64,000 bases of DNA from Synechococcus sp. (GTDB lineage Bacteria > Cyanobacteriota > Cyanobacteriia > PCC-6307 > Cyanobiaceae), in NCBI GenBank assembly GCA_047285535.1, contig JBJBDC010000001.1, positions 2,528,136-2,592,135 on the forward strand. The letters are read 5' to 3'. Positions 38,836 through 48,854 of this stretch are shown in pieces. A model generated the notes under the pieces. The model saw nothing but the letters and a program-made list of their open reading frames with translations. It was not told where the DNA came from and did not search any database. The first letter of the stretch is position 1. Every line of letters starts with the position of its first letter. The position numbers and the translations under genes are program-made.

Positions 38836-40106
38836 AATTTCCCTTTAAAGGAGGAGGTAAACTCTCGATGCTTTCATGGCGACAACTACTCGGGCGAGAA
38901 AGGCGGCTACTTATCAGGTTTTTGTTTTCAAATCTCTTTCCTGTAAGGGTGCCCAGCTGTCAGTATCTCATCATTTGCCGTGATAGTGACAGGGCCTATA
39001 GCTATGAAGGGCTCGCTTATTCTCAGTTATTGGATACTCTGAGGGATAATCTCATTTTTCATGGCATTTCAGTTGCTACCGTTGCAGCTCCTTGGTCTAT
39101 TAAGGGCGCTGCAAAGGCAACCGGAAACCCTGTCTTAGTTAATGGACCTTACGCAAGAAACATTGTCCTGAGTAAGATTGAGAGTGTTTGCGCCGGATAT
39201 ATCTTTGAGTATAGAGTTGCGGAAAGAATGATGAGATGGTGGACGTTTACGTTGCGCAAGCTTCGTCCATCTGTAATCATAGGAATACAGCCAAGTGAAA
39301 GTATTTGTGTTGCAGGTAAAAAGCTGGGAATTCCTGTTTACGATCTTCAGCATGGAGTTATTTATTGCGAGAATGACTCAAGCTCGTATTACAGTGATCG
39401 TCTTCGAACAATGTTTAAAGGGGAAGGAACTCCTGATCTAGTAGTTTGCTGGAACGATCAATCGGCTCGTGTCATTGAGTCTATGTGGCCTTGGACCCGT
39501 GCCGTAGTTGTTGGAAATCCTTGGCTCCAGCGTTTTGTTACGCCAGAAGAAGATAGCCTTGCAATGCATGAAATAAATCTTTTGCGCCAAAGACTTTCAT
39601 CCTGCCTTGATAAAAAGATTGTTCTTATTACTACGCAATCGATTCCATCTCTCGACCGGATAGATATTCCAGCTAGCATTAAAGATGCAATACTCTTGTC
39701 TAGCTCCAAAGGTGTACAATGGCTTATTAAGTTTCATCCAGTTGAGGTTTCGCAGCATGGCCAAGAACGTCTCGCCTTGATGGCTGCAGAGGCGCTCGGT
39801 GAGGCGGTCTGGGGCAATATTGTCGACGTTTCATCTCATGCACTTCCTGCAATCCTGACATTTACTTCTTATCATGTGACTGGTTATAGTGCATCCACTT
39901 TTGAGGCTTCGGCTTTTGGTATTAAAACTGGTCTTTGGGATAAGCGCCCAGCTGTTGCAAATTACTTTTCCTTTGAATTAAGCAACGGATTTGCAGAGTT
40001 TCTTCCTGCTGAGGGTGGTCAAATATCAAAAAGGATTATCGACGAGATTTCGTTTATGTCTATTAATCCCTTTTTATTGGTTGAACGAGATACTTCAATG
40101 ATTTGA
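38832..40106 (+). CDS. Putative GT-B glycosyltransferase (candidate nonulosonate transferase)
   Basis: Coupled to neuC (ATGA overlap). DLQHG, VVGNPW, IKFHP and S...EA..FG motifs resemble CMP-sugar-dependent GT-B transferases. Confidence 0.5.
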   Translation: MKFPFKGGGKLSMLSWRQLLGRERRLLIRFLFSNLFPVRVPSCQYLIICRDSDRAYSYEGLAYSQLLDTLRDNLIFHGISVATVAAPWSIKGAAKATGNPVLVNGPYARNIVLSKIESVCAGYIFEYRVAERMMRWWTFTLRKLRPSVIIGIQPSESICVAGKKLGIPVYDLQHGVIYCENDSSSYYSDRLRTMFKGEGTPDLVVCWNDQSARVIESMWPWTRAVVVGNPWLQRFVTPEEDSLAMHEINLLRQRLSSCLDKKIVLITTQSIPSLDRIDIPASIKDAILLSSSKGVQWLIKFHPVEVSQHGQERLALMAAEALGEAVWGNIVDVSSHALPAILTFTSYHVTGYSASTFEASAFGIKTGLWDKRPAVANYFSFELSNGFAEFLPAEGGQISKRIIDEISFMSINPFLLVERDTSMI

Positions 40107-40377
40107 AACAAGTGACTGACAGAGCGGTGTTTTGCTGGAGGCATATCGGAGTAGTTACCACTTCTTGTTTTCTTTTGATCATCCTGGCGTATTTCATCTG
40201 CGCAATGAAATTAGAATTCTTATTATTCATTCAATCTTCCGATGAAGTCATTGATTTTCTTCACTACACCTGGGTAAAATACTTAGACGTTTGATTAAGG
40301 TGTCTCACCGTAGGTATTAAGCTTAAAAGGTATCAGGATTTCCAGTACGTCTAGATGCTTCGTCGGGGCGAGAACTA

Positions 40378-40989
40378 ATGATTGTCATTGTTGATTACGG
40401 TGTCGGGAACCTTGCCTCTGTGAGCAACATGCTGCGCAAGGCCGGTGGGGATGTCTCTATTTCCAGAGATCCTGCCGAGATACTATTGGCTGACAAGTTA
40501 CTTCTGCCAGGTGTTGGCCATTTTGATCATGGCATGAAGATGCTTAATACATCCGGTCTACGTGAAGCGATCGATTGCTTTGCGCTCGAACTCAAGCGTC
40601 CAGTTCTTGGAATTTGCCTTGGAGCGCAAATTCTTGGCAGGGGTAGTGATGAGGGAGTTAGCGCTGGTCTCGGCTGGATTGACATGTATTGCCATCGTCT
40701 CGAGGCTATGCCCGGTATCCGAGTACCACACATGGGTTGGAATCAGATAAACTGTCAAAAGCCTTCTCCTCTTCTTGACAAATTGAGTCAAGATGCTCGT
40801 TTCTATTTTGTGCATTCCTATTGGATGCAATGTGAAGACCCTGCAGATATTCTCGCTGTATCAATACATGGTCAAGAGTTCACAGCTGCTGTGCAGCGTG
40901 GAAATATCTACGGAACTCAGTTTCATCCCGAAAAGTCATTGCGTCACGGTTTTAACCTTATGAAGTCTTTTGTAGATTTGAAATCATGA
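40378..40989 (+). CDS. hisH: Class I glutaminase, HisH-like (WbuY-like)
   Basis: IVDYGVGN, LPGVG.F, LGICLG.Q, PHMGWN, FYFVHSY, QFHPEKS. Confidence 0.92.
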   Translation: MIVIVDYGVGNLASVSNMLRKAGGDVSISRDPAEILLADKLLLPGVGHFDHGMKMLNTSGLREAIDCFALELKRPVLGICLGAQILGRGSDEGVSAGLGWIDMYCHRLEAMPGIRVPHMGWNQINCQKPSPLLDKLSQDARFYFVHSYWMQCEDPADILAVSIHGQEFTAAVQRGNIYGTQFHPEKSLRHGFNLMKSFVDLKS

Positions 40990-41747
40990 ATAAGACTCGT
41001 GTAATCCCTGTACTTCTTCTAAAAGGTAAAGGATTGGTAAAAACCGTGCAGTTTAAAAATCCAAAGTACATAGGTGATCCTATAAATTCTGTTCGTATTT
41101 TTAATGAGAAAGAAGTTGATGAGTTGGTTTTTCTTGATATTAGCGCAACCCCTGAGGGTAGAGGACCTGACTTTGCTTTATTAGCTGACATTGCTAGTGA
41201 AGCCTTTATGCCAATGGCCTATGGCGGAGGTATTTCTTCTCTTGATCAGATTCAGAAAGTCCTTGCACTTGGATTCGAAAAGGTAGTGATTAATTCTCAG
41301 GCATATGCAAAACCGGATTTGATTCGTGAAGCGGTCTCAATTTTTGGTTCGCAAAGTATTGTTGGCTGTGTCGATGTTAGAAATGGATTGTTCTCTCGTT
41401 TTAAACTTTGTTCTAATTCAGCCAAGAAAAAACAAAAAATTCGTTTGTTAGAGCACCTCTCAGCACTTGAGCGTTTAGGGATTGGCGAGCTAATCGTTAA
41501 TTCTGTAGATAAAGATGGTACTTTTGCTGGCTATGATCTAAAGCTACTTGAATTGATTACTTCTTCAACCAGTGTGCCTGTAGTGGCTTTGGGTGGAGCG
41601 GCGAGTATTGATGATTTTGTATCGGCTGTTGAACTTGCTGGAGTTTCAGCTGTTGCGGCAGGCAGCTTTTTTGTTTTTGTAGGACCACATAGAGCTGTTT
41701 TAATTAGTTATCCTAATCGTGATGATTTATTAAAACGATTGCCGTAG
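40986..41747 (+). CDS. hisF: HisF-like barrel (HisF2/WbuZ type)
   Basis: RVIPVLL, YIGDPIN.VRIFNEKEVDEL, FMP.AYGGGI, GE..VNSVDKDGT..GYD, AAGSFFVF.G..RAVLI.YP. Confidence 0.9.
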   Translation: MNKTRVIPVLLLKGKGLVKTVQFKNPKYIGDPINSVRIFNEKEVDELVFLDISATPEGRGPDFALLADIASEAFMPMAYGGGISSLDQIQKVLALGFEKVVINSQAYAKPDLIREAVSIFGSQSIVGCVDVRNGLFSRFKLCSNSAKKKQKIRLLEHLSALERLGIGELIVNSVDKDGTFAGYDLKLLELITSSTSVPVVALGGAASIDDFVSAVELAGVSAVAAGSFFVFVGPHRAVLISYPNRDDLLKRLP

Positions 41748-41993
41748 CGGCTCAAAGCCTTTTTTAATAGCATTACTCTTCGGTTTGGATATTCGTGCTA
41801 ATACTTGAATTCGAAGAATTGAGATTGTTCGACTAATTCTGTTTTTGAGCATTAATAAGGTTTATTTGTCTGCTATTGTCTTGCATTGTTGTTTATTAGA
41901 GTTTGATCTTAGCCATCGCAGGCCAGCTTTTTCCTGTGGAGTTTTGAGACCGTTATTTCTGGTATACTTAGCCGTTGATATTGTTGATGACTG

Positions 41994-43226
41994 ATGAAAG
42001 ATTTTCTTCCTAATTACATGAATCGAGTCCAGCCAATCCGTGCACCTATCGACGGTTCACCCATTACAAAAGCAGCTTATGTACATCCTGATCGACCCTA
42101 TCAAGTATGTACTAGATGTGTTATGGATACAACCGATCCTGAAATTCAATTTGATCATTTAGGAGTTTGTAATCATTGTCGCTATTTCGAGAGCAGCGTT
42201 AAATCTCAATGGCCGGCACCTGAAGAAGGCCGAATGTTACTTGAGAAAATGCTTAGCAAGGTGAAAGCCTTTGGCAAGGGCAAAAAGTACGATTGCATCA
42301 TCGGCTTATCAGGAGGTGTTGATAGCTCTTATCTTGCTGTCAAAGTGTCTGAATGGGGATTGCGCCCGCTTGTTGTGCATGTTGATGCTGGTTGGAATTC
42401 TGAACTTGCTGTGATGAATATTCAACAAATATGTAATCGGCTTGGTTTTGATTTAGTAACTCATGTTGTTGATTGGGAAGAAATGAAGGATATGCAGCTT
42501 GCATTCTTACGATCTAGTCTTGCTAATCAGGACGTTCCACAAGACCATGCTTTCTTTGCAGCGCTCTATGGTTATGCAATTAAATCAGGTATTAAGTATG
42601 TCATTACCGGAAGTAATTTTGCTACTGAAAGTATTCTTCCATCATCTTGGGGTTATGATGCAATGGATGCAACGCATCTCAAAGTAATTCACAAAAGGTT
42701 TGGTCGGGGCAATAGTGGTGCTTTCCCAGTTATTGGATTTTTTGATTATTTTATTAGATATCCGGTGATTTTACGCATGGAAGTATTAAAGCCGCTTAAT
42801 TATATTTCATATTCCAAAGATGAAGCGATCAATACTTTGCAGAAAGATTATGGTTGGCGATACTATGGTGGTAAGCATTATGAATCACGTTGGACAAGAT
42901 TTTTTCAAGGATATTACTTACCATTTAAATTTGGATATGATAAGAGAAAAGCACATCTCTCAAGTCTTGTTCTTTCTGAACAGTTGAGTCGCACTATGGC
43001 GATGGAGGCACTGAACTCTCCTTTATATGAAGAAAAAACTTTGGACGAAGATAAGCGTTTCATAGCCAAAAAACTTGGTATTTCATTGCAAGATTTAGAT
43101 GATCTACTCATAAACCCAACACATCATTATAGTGAATTTCCAAATCATCAACGTAAGAAAAAATTTATACGCACGATTTATCGCCTTGTAAAACCTTTTG
43201 CAGGTTTTCTGAGGCATTTCTCTTAA
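41994..43226 (+). CDS. N-acetyl sugar amidotransferase (WbpG-like), copy 2
   Basis: CTRCVMDTTD, CNHC, YDCIIGLSGGVDSSY, HVD.GWNSE.AV.NI, KHYES..TRF.Q, DKRKAHLSSL. Start may be 42018. Confidence 0.9.
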   Translation: MKDFLPNYMNRVQPIRAPIDGSPITKAAYVHPDRPYQVCTRCVMDTTDPEIQFDHLGVCNHCRYFESSVKSQWPAPEEGRMLLEKMLSKVKAFGKGKKYDCIIGLSGGVDSSYLAVKVSEWGLRPLVVHVDAGWNSELAVMNIQQICNRLGFDLVTHVVDWEEMKDMQLAFLRSSLANQDVPQDHAFFAALYGYAIKSGIKYVITGSNFATESILPSSWGYDAMDATHLKVIHKRFGRGNSGAFPVIGFFDYFIRYPVILRMEVLKPLNYISYSKDEAINTLQKDYGWRYYGGKHYESRWTRFFQGYYLPFKFGYDKRKAHLSSLVLSEQLSRTMAMEALNSPLYEEKTLDEDKRFIAKKLGISLQDLDDLLINPTHHYSEFPNHQRKKKFIRTIYRLVKPFAGFLRHFS

Positions 43227-43585
43227 CAGCTTTTAATTACACCTGTGCTTCAATGGCTTTCCATTAGGTTTATGGTTATAGCTTCTCAATATCAAGTCTA
43301 TTGATATATTTTTAATGCTCCTTCGTTTTTGTTGCGTTAATTAGCTTAGTGGCACAATGATTTTTCTATGACTGGTTGAACATATTGGCTTGTTTGCTTA
43401 ATAGTAGTCGATGAAATTCAATCCTTTATGGTAACCCACTCATTCTCTTATCATGTCATGATTTATTGTTTTGTGCTATTTCGATGATTTAAGCACCATT
43501 GGAATACAATCTGTTGTGATTTTACTATTAAATGAGTCTCCTCTGGTTTATGCTTTGCAAGAACTAAGCGTCAAATTTATCGACA

Positions 43586-44758
43586 ATGAGTCAAAGTACT
43601 AATGTTCTCTTGATGTGTCTATCTGATCCAGCATGTGATCCTCGTCCTTATCGGAATATTCATTTTTTTCATGAGTTGGGATATTCTGTTGATACTCTAA
43701 GTTTTAGGCATTCAAAATGTCTTCCTGTAAGGAAAAGTTATTGTATTCCATCTCCATCATCATCTTTATTGCACAAATTATTGAGGTTAGGTTTTGAGTT
43801 CTTACAAGGAATTAGTGTTCATATGGGTAGTCATGGAAAACGTTTTTCACTTTCAATTAATCAGATTAAACACTCTCTTTCTGATTTGATATTAAGTTTT
43901 GATGGTGATTTGTACGAACTGATTGTTGTTGAAGATCTTCACCTTCTTCCACTTGCATTCTCTATTAATCGTAATGCAAATATCCTCTTCGATGCAAGAG
44001 AATATTATCCACTTCAAAATGATTCTTCAATTAGATTTAAAGTCTTTGAAGCACCATTCCGAGACTTCTTGCTGAGGCGATTTGCAAATCGCTGTAATTG
44101 TCTGATAACAGTCTCTAATGGTTTACGAGTTGCTTACCAAAAGTTTTATAGTCTGGATATGCAAGTTATCACAAGTGCCCCTCCATTTCAGGATTTACCA
44201 GTTCAGCCAACTTTTAATAGATTTAGATTGGTTCATCATGGAGCTGCAAATAAAAATCGGGGACTTCATAAGATGATTGAAATTGTTCGTAGATTGGATG
44301 ATAGATACAGCCTTGATCTCTATTTGGTCGGCAACCAAGCTTATATAGACCAACTTCAGCTTTTCATAGGCAATTGCAATCGTATTCGATTGCTTCCTGC
44401 AGTTCCTTTCGAGAGTATTATTCCAACTTTAAGAAATTATGATATAGGGTTTTATTACCTCGAACCAACGAACTTCAATCTTCGCCATTGCCTCCCTAAT
44501 AAATTCTTTGAGTTTATTCAAGCTAGGCTTGCTTTAGCAATTGGTCCTTCTCCAGAAATGAGTGCCTTAGTAAAAAAGTATGGATGTGGATTTGTATCGC
44601 AAGATTTTACCATAGATTCGATGGTACGTACGTTAAGTGAGCTTACCTTGAACGATATTCATGCATCTAAAGTCAACAGCAGTAAAGCTGCGGCTGAACT
44701 TTGCTTTGAAAAGGAGTCCACCAAATTACTTTCAATCACGAAAACACTCCTTCATTGA
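43586..44758 (+). CDS. GT4-like glycosyltransferase
   Basis: DPR, DAREYY, HHG....RGL, CLPNKFFEFIQA.L. Confidence 0.8.
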   Translation: MSQSTNVLLMCLSDPACDPRPYRNIHFFHELGYSVDTLSFRHSKCLPVRKSYCIPSPSSSLLHKLLRLGFEFLQGISVHMGSHGKRFSLSINQIKHSLSDLILSFDGDLYELIVVEDLHLLPLAFSINRNANILFDAREYYPLQNDSSIRFKVFEAPFRDFLLRRFANRCNCLITVSNGLRVAYQKFYSLDMQVITSAPPFQDLPVQPTFNRFRLVHHGAANKNRGLHKMIEIVRRLDDRYSLDLYLVGNQAYIDQLQLFIGNCNRIRLLPAVPFESIIPTLRNYDIGFYYLEPTNFNLRHCLPNKFFEFIQARLALAIGPSPEMSALVKKYGCGFVSQDFTIDSMVRTLSELTLNDIHASKVNSSKAAAELCFEKESTKLLSITKTLLH

Positions 44759-44799
44759 TATTTTAAATCATTCACTTTTTATTGCCTGGTTCTGACCTA

Positions 44800-45370
44800 A
44801 TTGTTATTGAATATCAGGGACTGTATGATATTCACTATGGTTTTTATGCCATCTGTTTTTTACTTGATCATGCCAAGGGTTTTCCCCAATCCATCTTTTT
44901 TATGTTATTTGGTAGAATCATTATTACTGTACCGCTCTAACACTTTGTCTTGCTAATGAATATTCATATGCTGACTCAATAAAGGTGATATATTGCTTCT
45001 TCCGTGAGCCATATTTGCGCAGACTGGCCTTAATCTGTAAGGCATATGTATAAGTCACTTGTTGTTTTTTGCGCAAGTGCGAAGCTCACGATCTCCCTCG
45101 ATAATTATAAGTGCTTTTAAATATGAAGATCATTCTTGGCAAATATAGATTAACTACCTGCTGTATTGCCTCCTTTTTATTTTTAAGTTTATAATCATCT
45201 TCTTTGTGTGCTATCCAGTGTTTTTCCTCATGCGTCGAATTCTTTTGCTTTTTCATTTTGCGATGTCTGTGTGAACATGTTAAATATACCTATGAAGCTC
45301 ATACTATTTTGCCATTCTGAAGGCTCTCTACATTGGCCCTTTCTTTGTTGTTTTAAATTCTAATTTTGTC
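44800..45370 (+). pseudogene. Eroded hisH-like glutaminase
   Basis: Fragments *GICIS (45038-45055; cf. LGICLG) and FCHSEGSLH (from 45307; cf. FHPEKSLRH) in the expected order, directly upstream of a hisF remnant; many stops. Confidence 0.5.
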
Positions 45371-45399
45371 TTTGTGTTGAATAAAAATTTTCTTTAGAT

Positions 45400-46150
45400 C
45401 TTTTCGCTCTATCATTCTTTGATTCTTGCATTGCTAATGTCTAGGGGTGGTTTGTTTGAAGCGCATATTTTATTCTGCCCAATATGTTGGTGATCCTATT
45501 AATACTATGTGAATATTTAACAAAAAGAGCTAGACTGCCTTATGGCTTCAATGCTCTCACTGTTAAGTATAGACTCGTAACAGATTTTGATTTGATTGAG
45601 CAGCTTGCACGTTAATGTTTCATGTCTTAGTTTCTAATTGTAGTATTTTTAATCTTGACCAAGTAAGGCGTATTGTTGCTTCGAGTCTGGCAAAGATCTG
45701 GATCTAGGCTCTAGTCTTCGACAATCCTTTTTTCTGAGAGCTTGTAGATTCTTTGAGGCTCAAAATATTTTGCTCTTATTAGACATAAAGTGAAAATGCT
45801 ATGCTTCTTTATGAGCCTATGCATCGGCTTGATCTTGACAGGTGATTGGACTTCACTTTTGTCTCATTGCGTTGATACAGGTGCAGGAAAATATTTTTTA
45901 CTTATATCTGTCAACAAAGTCGCTTCATTTTCCTTCCTTGATATGGTCGTGATATAAGTTGTTAGTTAACAGATCGATGTTTTTATTATTGCATCAGGTG
46001 GGATTTTTTGTCTGTCTGTTATTCAGTCAGCAGTAGATGCAAACGCTGGTCCAGTTGCTGCTTGCTCTTTTTTTGTTTACTAGGGTTTTTCCCATGCAGT
46101 ATTAATCATATATCCTAGATATGATGAACCCGAAAAGCTTTTGATTCAGC
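45400..46150 (+). pseudogene. Eroded hisF-like gene
   Basis: Fragments YVGDPINTM*IFNKK (from 45483), DFDLIEQLAR*CFM, IFNLDQVRRI, IASGG and VAACSFFVY*GFSHAVLIIYP (stop at 46081), colinear with the intact HisF at 40986. Confidence 0.85.
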
Positions 46151-46151
46151 C

Positions 46152-47309
46152 ATGGTATATCCCCAAATTTTCCCCAAGCACGTTGATCCTTATCAACAGT
46201 GTACTCGTTGTGTTATGGATACATCAGCGGCAGAAATTAGATTTGATTCTTATGGCGTATGTAGTTTTTGCACCGAATTTCTCGATCGTTCAAGTCATAT
46301 CATTAACGAAAGCCAGGATATGAAGGATGTAAAATTGGATCAGCTAGTCCGACAAGTTAGAGATTCTGGAAAAGGCAAGCCATATGACTGCATAGTAGGT
46401 GTCTCTGGCGGTGTTGATAGCTCCTGGACATTAGTTCAAGTTAAAAAACTCGGTTTACGTCCACTTGCTGTGCATATGGATAATGGTTGGAATTCGGAAT
46501 TGGCTCAAAGTAATATCGCCAATCTTGTACGTGCTACAAATGTTGATTTGTATACACATGTTATTAACTGGACAGAGTATCGGGAATTAATGAATGCTTT
46601 TTTTGCTGCCGATGTTGTAGATGTTGAGCTTCTTTATGATAATGCTATGATTGCCGTTAACTATCAACAGGCTGCAAGGTACGGTCTTAAGTATATTTTA
46701 GCTGGCACTAATCAGTCTACTGAAGGCATGCGAATGCCTAGGGATTGGAACTGGTTTAAATTTGACAAAAGAAATATTCAGTCTATTGCCCTCGATTTCG
46801 GTCCTGTCCGTACCACTACCTTCCCTTCGATTGGCGTGTCAGGATTTATCTGGAATAATTTCGTTCGGCGTATTACATGGACATCGTTTTTGGATTATCT
46901 TACTTATAATAAAAATTCAGCACTGGAAGAATTAGAGAAGTATTACGACTATAAGCGATATCCTTATAAGCACTATGAGTCTATTTTTACTCGCTTCTAC
47001 CAAGGATATATTTTACCTCGAAAGTTTGGAGTCGATAAAAGAAAAATCCATTTTTCAACTCTTGTCGCTTCTGGACAAATGTCACGCGAGGAGGCTTTAG
47101 AGGGTCTTGTTGGCCTTCCATATACTTCTGAATTGCAATTAGAATCTGACTTGGCTTATTTCCTGAAAAAAATGAAATGGTCAGAATCTGACCTTGATAA
47201 TTATATTTCTAGGCCTGGTATACCACATAATCATTACTCTACGGAAAGACCGGTGTGGGAGCTTCTTGCAAAAATCCATAAAAAAATGCTTGGTAGGTCT
47301 ACACTTTGA
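46152..47309 (+). CDS. N-acetyl sugar amidotransferase (WbpG-like), copy 3
   Basis: CTRCVMDTS, CSFC, YDCIVGVSGGVDSSW, HMDNGWNSELA..NI, KHYES.FTRFYQ, DKRK.H.S.L. Confidence 0.9.
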   Translation: MVYPQIFPKHVDPYQQCTRCVMDTSAAEIRFDSYGVCSFCTEFLDRSSHIINESQDMKDVKLDQLVRQVRDSGKGKPYDCIVGVSGGVDSSWTLVQVKKLGLRPLAVHMDNGWNSELAQSNIANLVRATNVDLYTHVINWTEYRELMNAFFAADVVDVELLYDNAMIAVNYQQAARYGLKYILAGTNQSTEGMRMPRDWNWFKFDKRNIQSIALDFGPVRTTTFPSIGVSGFIWNNFVRRITWTSFLDYLTYNKNSALEELEKYYDYKRYPYKHYESIFTRFYQGYILPRKFGVDKRKIHFSTLVASGQMSREEALEGLVGLPYTSELQLESDLAYFLKKMKWSESDLDNYISRPGIPHNHYSTERPVWELLAKIHKKMLGRSTL

Positions 47310-47759
47310 CTTGACGATGTATTTAAGATTCTGCAAATATAGTATTTTCTTTATTAAGGACCCAGTATATCCAAAATTTCACTCCTTATGTGCTAGCAGT
47401 GTATTGCGCTTATGCTTGAGTGAGCTTAGCAATACTGCTAGGTGATGTGTTTTTGCAAGCTTTTGCTGGATGGGTCATGATTAATCTGGAATATCTTATT
47501 TTCCTTGAATTCCTCTATTCCGTTGGCATATTCATCTGTTTCTTGACTCATTTTTTGTTTGTTAGGTTGAGGTATTACCCGATTGTTAGTATATTCTTTA
47601 TGTTCAATGCTTAATTTTGGCCGTGCCTAGATGTTTGCATCTTAAATATCGTGTAAATGCTTATTGTTTAAGTCGTTGAAGGTATTCGTTTAAGCCTGGC
47701 CTTCCTGGTTCCCTGTTGTCGTATAATCAATAGAGATACTGCTTAGCGTGGTGTAAGGA

Positions 47760-48851
47760 TTGACTCGTTATTTGATTATTACGCGTACGGAATGGATTGA
47801 GTCTCCGCGAATGCGTCACCAAGTTGCTTTGCTTCTTGCTCGGGCTGGTCATTCTGTTTATTTTATTCAAAAGCCTCGTTGTCTGTTTCCCCCCACATTC
47901 TCTTCTCGTTCTTGCGATTTTGATGCTGATTGTATCTCCTTCGGTTCATCAATAGAATTATTACATCATCAATTGCGTATTTTCCCTTGCTTGCATCGTC
48001 TAAACGCAAGTTTGGCATCATGTGACTTGAGGAAAACAGTTAACAGCCTGGACGGCACTTCGCCACAAGTTATCATTAATTTTAATTATGATGCTTTTTG
48101 GTTGCGAGCCGTTTTCCCTGATCTACCTATCTTAACCATCATTAATGATGATTTTGAGGCGCTTGGTCGACTTGGGTTCCGTCGCCACCTCACCTGGGCT
48201 CTGAGGCGTACATGTGTTATGTCTACGAGAGTTTTTACCGTTTCTAACCCCCTAAAGCAGAGGCTTTCTAAGTGGTGTGAACCTGAGTTGTTTCTCCCAT
48301 GGGCTGACAAACCTTATCAACCACCGTCATTATCGTCTAGGCGTAATGTTTTGTTGTATTGGGGTTACATAAACAACAGGCTTGATATCGCCACCTTGCA
48401 AGGATGTGCATCTGAATTGTCTCGTGTTGGCCTTCGCTTGCGTTTTGTGGGCCCCATGGATTCGAGAGGAGCAAAGTTGAAGCGACTATTGTCAAACGAT
48501 TCTAATGTTGAATGGTTGCCAGCCACTCCTTTTGATCAACTGATTACTACAGATTGCTTTGCTGCTTTGCTTCCCTACCGCCTTGATTATTCACCTAATC
48601 TTGTTGCACAACTCCCTAATAAGGCTTTGCAGCTCCTCAGTCTCGGGTTGCCTTTGATCAGTACAGATTTGCCTCATATTCAAAGAGCTCAATTTTTGAT
48701 CACCTATCAGTCTGGGTCTCCTTCTTCTTTGATCATTGCTTGTAAATCTGCACTTGATCAGTTTTTGTCATTACAGGCAACCATCGCTGATTTTGTCGGA
48801 GTAAACAATCCAAAGGCACGTCTTACTCAGTTATTGGCGGGTATTGATTAA
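47760..48851 (+). CDS. GT-B (GT4-like) glycosyltransferase
   Basis: W..PR.RHQ.A..LA..GH.V.F, YWGYI..RLD, FVGP, LLPY, PNK...L..GLP. TTG start. Confidence 0.65.
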   Translation: MTRYLIITRTEWIESPRMRHQVALLLARAGHSVYFIQKPRCLFPPTFSSRSCDFDADCISFGSSIELLHHQLRIFPCLHRLNASLASCDLRKTVNSLDGTSPQVIINFNYDAFWLRAVFPDLPILTIINDDFEALGRLGFRRHLTWALRRTCVMSTRVFTVSNPLKQRLSKWCEPELFLPWADKPYQPPSLSSRRNVLLYWGYINNRLDIATLQGCASELSRVGLRLRFVGPMDSRGAKLKRLLSNDSNVEWLPATPFDQLITTDCFAALLPYRLDYSPNLVAQLPNKALQLLSLGLPLISTDLPHIQRAQFLITYQSGSPSSLIIACKSALDQFLSLQATIADFVGVNNPKARLTQLLAGID

Positions 48852-48854
48852 CTC

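Noticed and set aside
40103..40294. Small hydrophobic ORF (also 14897-15106 and 47420-47614)
   Set aside because: Short, with non-ATG starts, in T-rich spacers where hydrophobic translations arise by chance.
40378..41747. hisH/hisF as histidine biosynthesis genes
   Set aside because: The HisF lacks the first catalytic Asp, there are no other his genes, and the pair sits beside a sugar amidotransferase.
46141..46323. 60-aa ORF overlapping amidotransferase copy 3
   Set aside because: It is the run-on frame of the hisF pseudogene's C-terminus.
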